A DNA stretch of 64,000 nt, taken from positions 1 to 64,000 of the forward strand of contig JBHGNT010000142.1 of NCBI GenBank assembly GCA_043228905.1, read 5' to 3'. Under the pieces are notes generated by a model that saw only the letters and a list, made by a program, of their open reading frames with translations, ran no database searches and was not told where the DNA came from. The translations under genes were made by a program, and so were the position numbers. Of the stretch, positions 23,091 to 34,848 are shown in pieces. The stretch is from Azolla caroliniana (taxonomy: Eukaryota > Plantae > Polypodiophyta). Every line of letters starts with the position of its first letter. Position 1 is the stretch's first letter.

Positions 23091-23908
23091 GCGGCAGAGG
23101 TAAAACACCTGCTTGCTTGCTTGCTTGCTTGCTGGGGATGTTAGAACCAACCAGTGCCGATGAACCGGTTCATCATGAAGGCCGGCCCGGCCCGGCCCGG
23201 CCCGGCCGTTTTCACGCATGAGGAGAAAGGTAGCCTTCTACCGCCCGCCGCCGAGAGAGCACCTCACGCGAAACCCGCTCCGCAACAACAAAGTCGAGCT
23301 AATTCGCCGAAGGCCTCTCGGAACTCAGAGAATCTGCAGAACAAGGGAACGGTCTGAGAAGTCACCTTAGCACTGCTGACGAGAGAGAATGATACCGAGG
23401 AAAGGAAAGGAAAGGAAAGGAAAGGAAAGGAAACATTTCTCCCTTTCCAGGAGAATCGGGGGGCGGGCAGATTCCAAGCTAACGACCGAGATGAAGGAAA
23501 ATAAAAATGGGAAAGGGTAGTAAGTGGGAAACAGGAGGAATGGATGATGATGGAACGGTGATGTATCAGATAAGGTGGACCAGCGCTGATAGACAACGGA
23601 GAGTAGAACCTGAACCCGACTCTATCGTTGGGTATTCGACCCCTGAACCTTTGGCCGGGTACTCATCTAATGCATTCCGAAAAATACAGTAGGAATTGGA
23701 CCTACCGAGCACCGTATAGAATCGTAAAAGGAAGACAACTAGGTGATTCGTCGAGCCCCAACCGGCCGGATCCCCTGCCCTTGATGTTATAAGCCCACCT
23801 TCAAAGCAAAGCTGGCCCGCTGAACCCCACAACGTCAGGCTTTTCAACCAGTCAAGTTTCCATTGACCTGCATTCTGCTTGGGGAAGGGCAAGGCCCATA
23901 CCTTGTTG

Positions 23909-24706
23909 TCATAAGCCCCCCCACCAATAGATAGGGACAGATGGAAATGACCGAACCACGTCCACAGAATGCCGGTACCGAGCAGCTGCTTCGAAGCCGA
24001 AGTGATGCGAAGGACTAAAATGACCTATATATTAACAAATACCGCGTATCGTCGAGAGAATGGTCCCTGTAGTAACGTAGGACCCATAAGACCCGATGGC
24101 TAAGAGGAAAGTAAAACCATAAATACCGTCGGAAATGATGAAGAGTGCTTCGTAATATTCCATTCCCTAAAACCCGGTGGGAACTGGAGCCAGCCGAACG
24201 ATAGCTACTAAAGCGTGAACCGCTTATTATTTTAAACCTGCGAGTATGGCATGATGAGCCCAAGTCACGGCAGCTCCAGAGGAAAGGAGAATAAGGGTAT
24301 TTAGAAAAGGGATTCCCCAGGGATTTAAAACCTCAACTCCTTTGGGGGGCCGAATAGCTCCGATCTCTACCGCGAGTGCCAAAGATAAATAAAAGAAAGC
24401 CCAAAAAAAGGCTAGAAGAGACATAACCTCCGAGACGATAAACAAGAGAAAACCGTAGCGAAGCCCTAATTATACCACTTTGGTATGACGTCCTTCGTAA
24501 GTAAATTCACATGTAACATCGCGCCGCCATACAAACATGGTGTATAAGATCAAGCTTAGGCCTAAAGTGAGGAGTGTTCCGTCTCCCGCGAATGAATGCA
24601 TATACATAACAGCACCGATGGTGCTTGCTAAGGCTCCGAGTAACCCCAGGAGAGACCATGGACTTGAATCCACCGGATGATAGGGATGCTCTTAGGAGAC
24701 ACTCGT
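23909..24706 (-). CDS. cox3: Cytochrome c oxidase subunit 3 (intronless, ACG start)
   Basis: Reads MSVS(Q)EHPYH.VD.SPW...[21 protein letters not shown]...[15 protein letters not shown]...IYWWGGL*, 266 codons. Many edits are required. Confidence 0.96.
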
Positions 24707-25117
24707 GTTATTTATTTAATGAATTCACACGAAACGGTTTGTACATGAAAGAGTCTTGGCTACTATAATCAATGTAAGGGAGATGAATCCTATTGCAAAT
24801 ACAATCGGAATGAAGAAATCCTAAAATCCAATAATCAGTTCCACAACCGAAGAGACTTCTAGATCTTTCAGGATTTCTAGGCCACCCGAAAGATCGGGTA
24901 GTGTATTCTACGACAGATTGAGGAGCACCTGCGGGAACAACTCTTCGTTGTTATTTTAAAGAGTTGCGATGTCCTCGTGCAATTCGGTCTATAATCTTTC
25001 TAAGCTGTTTATGACTATGGGCATGTCTTATCCAATCTGTTTCTTTTCCTCGGTGCTTTATACCTAGGGCAGTCTCCTGCATTCATGGCAGTTCCTATGG
25101 TTGCAAAAACAACAAGG

Positions 25118-25272
25118 AGTCGGTTCCCGTATATACCCGGCTTTTCTTGTATGCTTTCGGCAAGCAAAAAAAACGCTAGCGGGCCTACCACGCTTCGCGC
25201 CTGCGTCTTTGCCAGACAGTATTTGCCAGTAGTGCCATCCCACCCGACCTGAGGATTTAGTTTGTCCCTTGC
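25118..25272. repeat. Dispersed copy (about 150 bp) of an internal part of nad7i140g2 (about 11507-11654)
   Basis: cccggcttttcttgtatgctttcgg...gaggatttagtttgtcccttgc is identical to the intron segment. Confidence 0.88.
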
Positions 25273-25655
25273 TAAAATATCTTTGAAGAACTTGTACTGA
25301 TTTTCCAGGTCGGTCCTCGCGAGCGGATATGGGCCCTAGAGGATGGTGTAGAAACTCTCTGCCCGTAAGTCGTGCCTGAAAGCGGTTCATCCGGGTGAAG
25401 CCGGCGGCGAGGAATTGACTGGTGCTGCGTTCACTGCTTGCTCGAAGGCCCGTATCCGCGCAGGCAGTAAGCAACAGATTGGTTCGTAACAAAAACAGCT
25501 TAGAAAAGAAAAAGAATAAAGTTATTTCCTATTAAACTAGTGATTGTAAAGAAAAAAATCCTTCACAACGCCAAGGTATTTTAGCAAGACACTACATAAG
25601 ACTTTCGCCCTGGATGATATATGGGTTCTCATGAGAAAGAATGGTCGGTTTCCTT

Positions 25656-26087
25656 TTAATGAAGTAAAATCCACACCTTGACGCCCGGAATCCCGTAACG
25701 AGTGAATGTTTATTAGGAACCGAACTGATGGGCTTTCCCTAAAGTAACACCAAAAGTCTACCTCCTTTCGTGCGTCCTTCGCCTCCTCCTAAATAAATTC
25801 ACTTTCTCTAAAGTAGCCCAATGGATTGTTAACAAGTTCTACGATATACTTATCTTCAAGCCAACCAAGTACTTTAGCACCTTATTGCATACATGTTCGA
25901 ACTCAACTCCAGGTCGCGTATAATCACTCTCATTGCAATCAACCATGGCTACTCCAATATTAATTAATTTTGGCTTTCTTTCTATAAACTTTCGTTCCAG
26001 CCAGGGAAACGGTGAAGGATAGTGATTTACGGCATGACTGTACAGTTTAGCCGTCACCACTTGTAATTTGAGTCGATAGCCAAACAC
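25656..26087 (-). pseudogene. Divergent rps3-like C-terminal reading frame
   Basis: One frame reads ...KYLVGLKISIS*...RRRRRTHERR*TFG...TFTRYGIPGVKVWI. TRYGI.GVKVWI is the S3 C-terminal signature; the rest is poorly similar. Confidence 0.55.
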
Positions 26088-27048
26088 GGATTATGCCCTC
26101 TACGCAGACAGAGAACCGCCCAACCTAGCTGCGCAAATTGCTTGCTTGCTTGCTTGCTTGCTTGCCCCCTTCTTGCGGATGCGGAAGAACTTGCTTGCTG
26201 CTAAGTTTTATTAGCGCAGGTGAAGGCCTTTCCGCTGTCTGTGAGGCGGATAACGGGCAATCTCACTCATTGCGCTGTTTTATTGACTTCGCCACGGCAC
26301 CACTTTTTTGGCGGATAAACGGCCTTCATGCTGCCGTTAGTCGAGGCGGCCCGATGAACCAGTGCAGCAGAAAAGAATTTCGGTTATAGAATGGCCGGTC
26401 TCTTTCACTTGCTTCTGATCAAAGGCCGGCAGAGAAGTAGCCGTACAGATAGCATAGGCTGCGGCCTATTCTTGCAGAGAAAACAACTTCGAGAATGATA
26501 ACCCGTAGGTACCGGTGGGTTCGATCAGTCCCTGGAGTTCGCTAGGTGATATCTATACGGCAAGGAGGATATGAAGCTATCCCTACGGAATCCAATCCCT
26601 GTGGTCCTAGATCGGTCCCGAAGCACTAGTCCGGTACCTGCTGCAATCAGTCCCTATGGTACTTGCTGCAACCAGTCCCGAACCCAAAGGTTTGCTACGC
26701 TGCCGCTGTAGGCATAGTTGGTACCGATGTTCACTGAGATTGGGAATCCCCGCTTCGTGCTGATCGTATCGTATTCTCTTCGCTTATTGCAGCTGTGGTA
26801 ATCGAGGCTTTGCTTTGTATTCTCGAAGTACGAACGCTAGCTGATCGCTTCGTATCCTTTCAACCGTTGAGGAGCTGCAACTGCTTGGCGTTGTCTATGG
26901 CCATGATTGTATCGCGGTTGGTTCGGGCGGGAATCAATCAAATCGCCACTTTTCACGCGCCCGCCGGTTCATCCCGGAGGAACCGCACAGGAGTAATTCA
27001 GACTGTTTCTCTAGTCAATTTCGCGTGACCGTAAGACGCAATTCTGCA

Positions 27049-27120
27049 AGCGGAAAAAGGGACTCGAACCCTCAACTCCAGCCTTGGCAAGGCTATACTC
27101 TACCATTAAGCTATTTCCGC
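27049..27120 (-). tRNA. trnG: tRNA-Gly(GCC)
   Basis: gcggaaatagcttaatggtagagtatagccttGCCaaggctggagttgagggttcgagtccc...ttccgct. Confidence 0.93.
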
Positions 27121-27863
27121 CAGCGGAACCAGAGCCGAGTGCGGTTCTTCCCCCGTAGAGAAAGCGCTATAGCTTTCGGGGGAAGAACCGCAATGAAGAC
27201 TTCATTGCGGTTCCCTTGGAACTATTGACTTGAGACTTCGATGACTCATCGATAGGTCCATGCCCGGAGAGATTCGAACTATCCCGGATTCGAAGTTTGG
27301 TGCTCGAGCTACAGGCACAAGTTGACCTTACAGACCGAACAGAGGCTAGTAAAATCTAACGCTTAGCTTAGAAGGTCGTAAGATCAGACCAGACTTCGCC
27401 CGGAAAACGAACGTAAAGCATTGAAAGAGCGTTGCTTAGTGGCTGGCTTTGGCCGCCTTTACGACCCAAAGACGAATCTCCGGGTCCCAGCTTATTATCC
27501 TGCAATGTTACGGATTGACTGTTACTGGTGCTAGGTAAGGAGTTTCAGTTTTGGGCGTCACTTTCGAAATATCTCGAGTAATGGGTTCATGTGAGTGCAT
27601 GAACAATCCAACTACTCTACTAGGCTGCTTCCCGCCCTGTTTCGCAGCTTGCTCCCCTTCGGCGGCACGGCACGGCACGGCACGGCACGGCACGGCACGG
27701 CACGCACGCACCTGTCTTCCCGCATTCCGTCCGCTGAGCGCAAAGCGTCGACAAAGAAAGCAGCTACCTTTTCATTATTATACTGTAATCCCAGCGCAAA
27801 CAAAAAAACTGCCATGAATATCGAGAACGGAACAAGAAGCCACAACGAAATCAAGTCAAGTCT

Positions 27864-28097
27864 ACGGAAGCTTAATCCGTTTGTTCTTCGTAAACAATTG
27901 GATACAAAGTCAGTACTAACCCATAAGGCTCTGTTTCAGATTCAAAACTAGGGTTCAGCTATGAGATTTGACTCTAGGTCACGCCTTCGGTTTGTGTTTT
28001 CCGCTTGAAACATAATATCACTCGTTGTACCGGAACGGATCCCTGAAAAGTTACTTAATCCGCTGTTAGCGTCAAAAATTGTAAACCCCCTGAAGTT
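27864..28097 (+). pseudogene. rpl6: Ribosomal protein L6, 3'-truncated
   Basis: ACG start, then MEA..VCS..TIGYKVSTNP(Q)GSV...KLGFSYEI(R)L(Q)VT...CTGTD..KVT(Q)...KNCKPPEV. The conserved YKGKGI tail is missing. Confidence 0.8.
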
Positions 28098-28377
28098 CTG
28101 CTTAACTCTGTTTGTTTGTGAAATCAACAATTGCGGCTTACATCCGACACGGGTCCCGCCCATTCTCCCATCTGGCACCCTCTCATAATGTATCACTCTT
28201 GGCATGCCCACGGCCGGGTAGGCGCGAATTCTTCCAGTCTATGCCGCCGCCCTATCATATAGTCTGTTACATATATATAGGTGAATGCTCGCGGGAAACA
28301 GCGGCGTTCTCTGCCCAAGCACTATGAACAAACTGCCATGAGTACCGAGGACGGAAAGGTAATGGACAGAAACAGAT

Positions 28378-29292
28378 ATGTTGGCATCAGGATCCAAAAT
28401 TCGTCGTTAGATGAGAGAAAACGTTTGGCATAAAAAACTCAATCCGAGAAAGAGAGCCCTTATTCGGGAGTGGGGATTTCCCTTTATTTGAAAAGAGAGG
28501 CTTTTGACAAAATCGTGGAAAAGAGGGAAATCTGGGAATCTGGCCGACCTAATTCTGGGGTTCTCCTCTTCCCGAAAGGAGCTCCGGAAAAGACCATTCG
28601 AAAGATGAAAATCTGAAGATTTCTCTGAAAAATCACATGCTTCGTGAAAGTCGTCCCTCTCTTACGGATTACCCATGAAAGGAAAGATATAGAGGCTCGA
28701 ACCGTTACTAAAAACTATTAAAGAGAAACACATCAATCTTTTACCCTTTCTAGAAAAAAGATTGGACGTTATTCCGGTTTGCATTCCCTTTCGCGAACAT
28801 ATTCTCTAAGCCAGATAGCCAATAAATCATAAACATATTTATGCCAATCCCAAAGTAGTCAATATTCTCGGTTCCACGGTACCCTGCGGTGATCTTACAC
28901 CCATTAAAGAAGCTTCTTGAGATCTTACCAAACTAAACATAGTGTAATGCAGAGGAAAAAAAGAATGAATTAGAAAATCGATAGAATAACTGAAATAAAG
29001 AAAATGATCTCTTTCAAGGCCTCTCTCCTATCTCTTCATTCATAAAGATTCTTCCTATTATCCTTCCAGTCACAAAGGTTATTGGATACCTGAGAAGTAT
29101 CCTCTTTTCTGAAAAAAAACTTCTCTTTTTTCTTTTCATTGTCTAGACTATTACTACCCACATTATCTGGAGGTTGAGTATGAAAAACCTAATGTTGTGG
29201 TATTCCCCGAACCTCACCATAATTATCTGAAACTTTCCTATAAGAATAAAATAGAGAAACACTGTCTTCCCCAAAACAGGAAAACAAAGTAG
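28378..29292 (+). CDS. rps4: Ribosomal protein S4
   Basis: Reads MLAS.SKIRR(Q)MRENVW...LEKRLDVI.V...(Q)AR(Q).INHKHI...GDL..IKE...PHYLEVEY, 305 codons. The stop position depends on editing. Confidence 0.88.
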
Positions 29293-30949
29293 CTCGAATA
29301 GATCTTGTAAATCATTCATTGGCGGAGCAATTTAATTGCTAACTCCTATTGTTCCCTCTCAATACATATGTGATCAGTACTGTGTATGTGATATTTCAAT
29401 TCACACACAATAGATTATTTGCCTCGCCGGCAAGGCGGCTATTCGCCTCAAACGCCGCCGGCGAGGCAAACGCCGCTTTCTTTGCGCCTGCCGTGAAATG
29501 GGCGTTCAGAAAGAAATTAGTCTAGGTCACTCAGAGCTGGAATCGGTCAAGTGCCCTTCCCCTGCAGTTCCAAACGTCAAGTTCCATGCCAAGGGTAGAC
29601 CAATATGTTAGGGAATGCAAGAGAGAGATAAGCAATCTTGAGAAGAACTTATTGAAAGAAATGAAAGGGTTGTCCTATCAATCACAAATTGAATCAATTC
29701 GTGAGAAGTGGGACACTATAAAGGAAGAAGGTGCGGTGGTGGATTCTGCCTACTCAAATAATGTCAATGTTGGGCGGAGTGAGACTGATGAGGACCTACC
29801 CAATGATCAGTGCGTGAGAAAAGGAATAGAGCGCAAAGAGAAGGGTAAAGGGACCGAATAACCACGCCTAGATACTGAGACCATAGCGCCACCTGACTGA
29901 GAGGGGGAACCCCTATAGAAAGAGAAGCCCTGGAGGGCCGGCCGGCCGGCCTGAGAGCCGCCGTTCGGGTCCGGGATGGCCAACTGACTGAAGAGAGCAT
30001 CCTCATTCTCCGCCGCTAGCAACCTTGGGCCGGTTCGTTAGGCCTAGCAAAGAGTTTTTCATCACCATACCATTTTTCACGAGAAATGAGAAGAGAGGAG
30101 CCCGCAAGTGATATGAAGACGACCAGCCGCCCGCGCTACATGATTCTAAGACTGATGGGCAAGGACACATGGAGAGGCTGGAAACGGCGGAAAACCACCT
30201 TATCATTCAGCAATGTGCATTGAAGAATACGTCCGGGAATATACAGAAAGCAAATGGATCAACAGGAAAAATGAAAAAAGAGGTCGACGCAACAACTTCT
30301 TTATTGCTGCAGCAGAAAGATGCTTTGCTGCATTGGGCTCATAAAACAAAGCACGAAAGCCACCCATTCCCCTTTGGTTTCCGGTGGGAGAGATAGGAGG
30401 CGGCACCCAACAGATAGAAGGGCCAAGGCCTAGCTCTGTGCTTGGCTTTTTAACAGGATGGCGGAAAGGAAGGAAGTTATTGGATTTGAGGAGGAAAAGT
30501 AGAGCCGGGAGCCAAGGATTTGTGATAGTAAATATCGCAGCACGCCCAACGAATCTTAGCAGGGTCCCTCGGTTCCGCGATGCTCTAGATGTTAAGAAGA
30601 TAAGTTCCTCGAGTTTGGGAGTAAAGTCTCTTCCGGGGCTGGTGTTAGATTTCATTCTTTTGCTCTTCGGAGAAGTCCTTCATTTAAGTAAGCTTGCCCT
30701 CTAACTCATTTCCTAGTGGAATCGCGCGCGGAGAATCTCGAGTTGACCCGGGCCGCCTATCCAGTCGTTAGGCTGAGCTTCCTTTATATAGTAAATTCTC
30801 TTTTTTTTATCGCACTCTGTATACTAAACTCGGGTAATACGTAGTTGAGTTCTGTCACCAATTATGCCAGCAGGGGCGCCGGGCAGAGGTAGTGGCTGGT
30901 ACAAGGGCCAAGCCATTGAAGTATACCTGGATCCCAAAGAGAAGCAATC

Positions 30950-31125
30950 CGATATTAGGAGTCGGAGCAATTCGAGGTGTTCCCTCGACCTCTCGGTTTG
31001 AGAATTCCCTTTGATTCTTGTCTTTCATTCGGTAAGCCAGATGCTTTGTGGACTGTAGAAGTAGTCCGGTGCGTTTCGTTGCACTTCCACCACCTGTTAG
31101 ATTAGAAGAGGTCAACGCCCGTACC
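30950..31125 (-). other. Orphan group II intron 5' (domain I) fragment paralogous to cox2i373g2
   Basis: ggtggtggaagtgcaacgaaacgcaccggactacttctacagtccacaaagcatctggcttaccgaatgaaagacaagaatcaaagggaattctc is highly similar to 33892-33987. No host exon or domain V is visible. Confidence 0.75.
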
Positions 31126-32256
31126 TGTCAGGTACAGACTCTGAGTCGCTTATCTTATGACTGGTGTAGCAGGAAGTCGTGAAGCAACCGCCCGCCGTCT
31201 AGGCTGACCTAGACACCATGAAACAGTCCTCATAGTTTTGTCATTAAAGTTAGCTATACACACTGTTAGGTCCAGCTCAGGGGCTGACCGAGCTAGCACT
31301 GGACGCTCCCTAACCACCCTGAGGATAGAACTGTACCTGGCCTGTGTAGGGTAAGGATATGGCCTGGTTAGACTGAGCGGCAGCTATCAAGGTGAGGGTC
31401 TGTCCCTCTAGACAAAGGGCACTAAGGAGAAGAAGGTTGACAGTTGCTCAGACAGAGTATCAGTGATGCCTTTCACATTGAGCCTCTTCCTTTGGCCTAC
31501 CAAACCTATAGCGACACTGTCCACGTAGTGGCGCCGGGCTAGGCCTAATAAGTGAGCCAGAGGATATGGACAAGCAGGCCACCTTAACCGACTCTACGAT
31601 GTGTAGTGTAGGCCCATTAGCCTCCCCGTCAAAGGTAATGTTAAGTAGGTCAGACAACGGCTTAAGGTCTCTCTGACCCAGTCGTCGTCTAAAGTAAAGG
31701 AGACACCTATACGGACGGTGCAGCAGTCATCTCCTGTGGGTACAAGCTCACTTAGAGCGCAGCAAACAAAGTCCGTACAATAGCTGAAGTGTTAGCACCG
31801 CAACACCGTTAGCTATCTTTCTGGCCTTCCCAGCCTCTTGGAAGTAAGCCGTATACGAACAGCACAGTACTCCTGCCGAAAGCAGGATTGGTTCACATAG
31901 CTCCCAGCGCTCACTGGACAGCCACCAATCCCATCATGAAACCCCTTTTCGCCGGCTTCATCCGGCCCATTCTGTCCACTATAAACAATACAACACCACA
32001 TAAACAATGCATTTTGTCCACGTCCACTATGACAAGAAGGCTATATATAATGAGAGAAACAACAATACCAATAAATAAGTCTTCTTAATCCAAATAAAGT
32101 TATCTTTCTATGAGAAAATCTAACACTAGGCCTAGTGTTGTAAGTTGATAACGCATATTAAATTAAGCAGTTTCATTGTGCATTTCAACTTTTTTTTGAA
32201 AAATAGCATGAACTGCTTTATACAACCCGTCGCACAGACACTAGTTTATAGGGTGA

Positions 32257-32332
32257 GATGGGGGATTCATTAAGCCCCCATCCCGAAGTGCCTACTTGGG
32301 CCAGCATGCACCTATTCTTTCTTTCTTTATCA
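32257..32332 (-). terminator. Shared 3' element with stem-loop gatgggggctt-aat-gaatcccccatc downstream of cox2
   Basis: The same block of about 75 bp lies downstream of nad7 (52422-52524 and 7496-7598). Confidence 0.55.
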
Positions 32333-32624
32333 ATGAGATACAAAGGAAATTAATCCACCGGAGTCACACATACGTAATCGGGATTGCGATAAAGTTGCTT
32401 GCACATTCGGTCGGGACCGTGGTCCAAGCTTGCTTGTCGAGACGTACTTCGGTTTCTCGATCGAATGAAACTCTTGGAATTGCGCTTCATAACCTTTGGC
32501 GGCATAGAGGTTGATTTTTCCCGCAACAGATAATGGTGGTTTGGTTTCTCTTTCAAAAAAAGAGAGACCTCTAATCTAATCTAGAAGGAGACGACACCAG
32601 CATTATTGATGATTGCATTACTGT

Positions 32625-33550
32625 TTACTGACCGGATACCCACTCCAGATAATCATTCTTAGAAACAACTTCCACGACAGTAAGCGTAAACGCATAATTA
32701 GTTCCACAGATCTCGCTGCGCTAACCATGGTAAACTCCCTCTCATTATGTAAAAATGGAAGTCTGATTCGAACAACCGGGTACAGCATCACATTTAGCAC
32801 CTGGGAAAGGTACAGCCCGACTATAAAGTACATCAGCCAAAGTTATAATCATACATAAATAAGTCTTGGCTAGTACAACTACTCAATTGTCCACTTCTGG
32901 TAGACGTGATTAACCTAATTCCAGATCATCCTCCGAAATCATATAACTGTCAAAAGTTAATGACTATTCATCGGAACTGTTATAGTCTGAATACTCATAA
33001 GGTTGGGTCGGCGGCCAGCCCTTCTTTAGGTTCATTCGCCTCCCTCCAAACTGTACTTGCAAGTTTCCCTGCAGACAGCTCTCCACGCCTATTAACACTT
33101 GAAGAGTATACTGTTGCTAGGTCCGTCCTTCTCGAGCGAGTCTTTCAGGCAGGGATAGACCGTCTCTGGCGGATCGAACGATGATATTCCTGGCAAGCTA
33201 GGAGTCTGTTTCCCGTTCAATCAAGCCATGATCCTAGTCTTTTTCGTTCGACAGGGTGACTTTCCAAACAAGGAGACTAATATGTCTTACCTGAAATAAT
33301 ACTTACATTTTCATTTACGGTCAATTCTCTGTGATCTTTGAGTTTCCACTGAATTTCGCAACGTTCCTTACTGCGAGCAGTTGAGACCCGACCCAAAAAA
33401 AGGGGGGTGGAGTATAAGCGCTGGTCCCCTTCGGTAAAGTGCTTGTGCTCGCTGTTACCTACTGTGGGACCTCCGTACCCGAGGAAGGCAGAGCAGGAAC
33501 AGTCAACCTTCGGCCTCGCTCCTCCTCTGGTAGTTTTGTAACCACTGTGG

Positions 33551-33587
<37 letters not shown>

Positions 33588-34409
33588 GCCAACACGTCGG
33601 GAATCCCCCATTCCAGAGATGACGGGGTCAGGCCCGTTAGGTCCGAAGTTGTATGCCACTAGCTGTAGTGCCGATAGACTTATTACTTCAGCGCCGTCAT
33701 TGAACATCGCAAGCTGAGCATCCATTTCCTGTACATTGCCTATACTGGAAGCGGGAATGCGTACCTCCAACGACTCCGAGAATGGAACCATAGGCTTCTC
33801 ATTGGCTAGGGGAGCCTTCTCAATGCATAGGTAGCACCTCAACTTCCCGTTTCTGGCACGCTCTAGTCTCTTGAGTCTCCCGACGTCAGACGAGAATTTC
33901 CCTTGATTCTCGTCTCTCATTTGGTAAGCCAGATACTTTGTGGACTGTAGAGGTAGTCCGGTGCGTTTTGTTGCACTTCCATCACCTTCGTCAAAGGGCG
34001 CACTCCGATACCGTTAATGTCCAATAGCTTTGATGATAATGGCTAGATCTACCACCTAGTCCATCAAATATAATAAAGCGAAAGATAGTATAACAATAAA
34101 CATCAGAACGAAACTGAGAGGAATGGTCCAAATAATCTCTGTAGTAGTTCCGTGAACCATTCTTTCAGGAATGGGGTTTCTTCGATAATGGAAATGCCAT
34201 AAAGTGCGGACCAACATCCATAGTACGAAGATCAGAATAATGATTAAGAGGACCGGAATATCGTGATGTGAGTCAATTATTCCTTACATCATAGGTATGG
34301 CTGCGTCCTAAAATCCCAATTACCAAGGTTCTGCGGCGTCACGAGGAGCAATTGGGACGAATAGCTACCAAAAAAGGGTTCTCGAAATCACTAAGAGGCG
34401 TGTGCCCAT
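32625..34409 (-). CDS. cox2: Cytochrome c oxidase subunit 2 (exon 1 34409-34004, exon 2 33001 to about 32625)
   Basis: Reads DAAEPW(Q)LGF(Q)DAA.PMM(Q)GIID.HHD...KAIGH(Q).Y.T|YEYSDY...SEICGTN.AF. It has one intron, and the stop could instead be 32571 if TAA is edited. Confidence 0.95.
33002..34003 (-). mobile_element. Group II intron cox2i373g2
   Basis: 5' end gtgcg, domain V gagctgtctgcagggaaacttgcaagtacagtttg, 3' end cccaac. Confidence 0.92.
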
Positions 34410-34848
34410 TACGAAAGAATCATGCTCAAATATTCCTTTCAACGACTTCTAAGTCTGTTCGGTTTTTTCCCTTTTTCTCTCTCCTCCATATGCATGGGAG
34501 TTAAAGGTTGGTTCTTCAACAAGTCGCAGCAATGCAATGCAATGCAATGCAATGAAGGCCTTCGCTTTGTCTCGTCGACCGCAAACAAAGCGGCGATGGG
34601 CTGGCTTTCCGCGTTTCCGTAAAGAAAATCGAAAGAACTCTGATTGATTCTTATTCGTAGTTGGGATGCAGGGATAGATTTATTTCTTCCTCGAAGAACC
34701 GTACGAACGATTAGGCCGCTGCGATTTCCACACGCAGACACGCGGATTCAGCATGAAGGGCGGGCGATTTATTCCCCGATCGAACGAATGAATGAATGAA
34801 TGAATAGGGTGTCGTTCGCAATGACAAGGAACGTTAGCTGGAAACGCG

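Noticed and set aside
23500-23910. sdh4 overlapping the cox3 3' end
   Set aside because: No Sdh4-like residues could be read downstream of the cox3 stop.
24720-25024. atp8 upstream of cox3 (ATG CCC start)
   Set aside because: It lacks MPQLD and any Atp8 similarity; reported instead as an unknown frame.
27255-27295. T-loop-like gttcgaatc stretch as a tRNA
   Set aside because: No D arm or anticodon arm can be folded.
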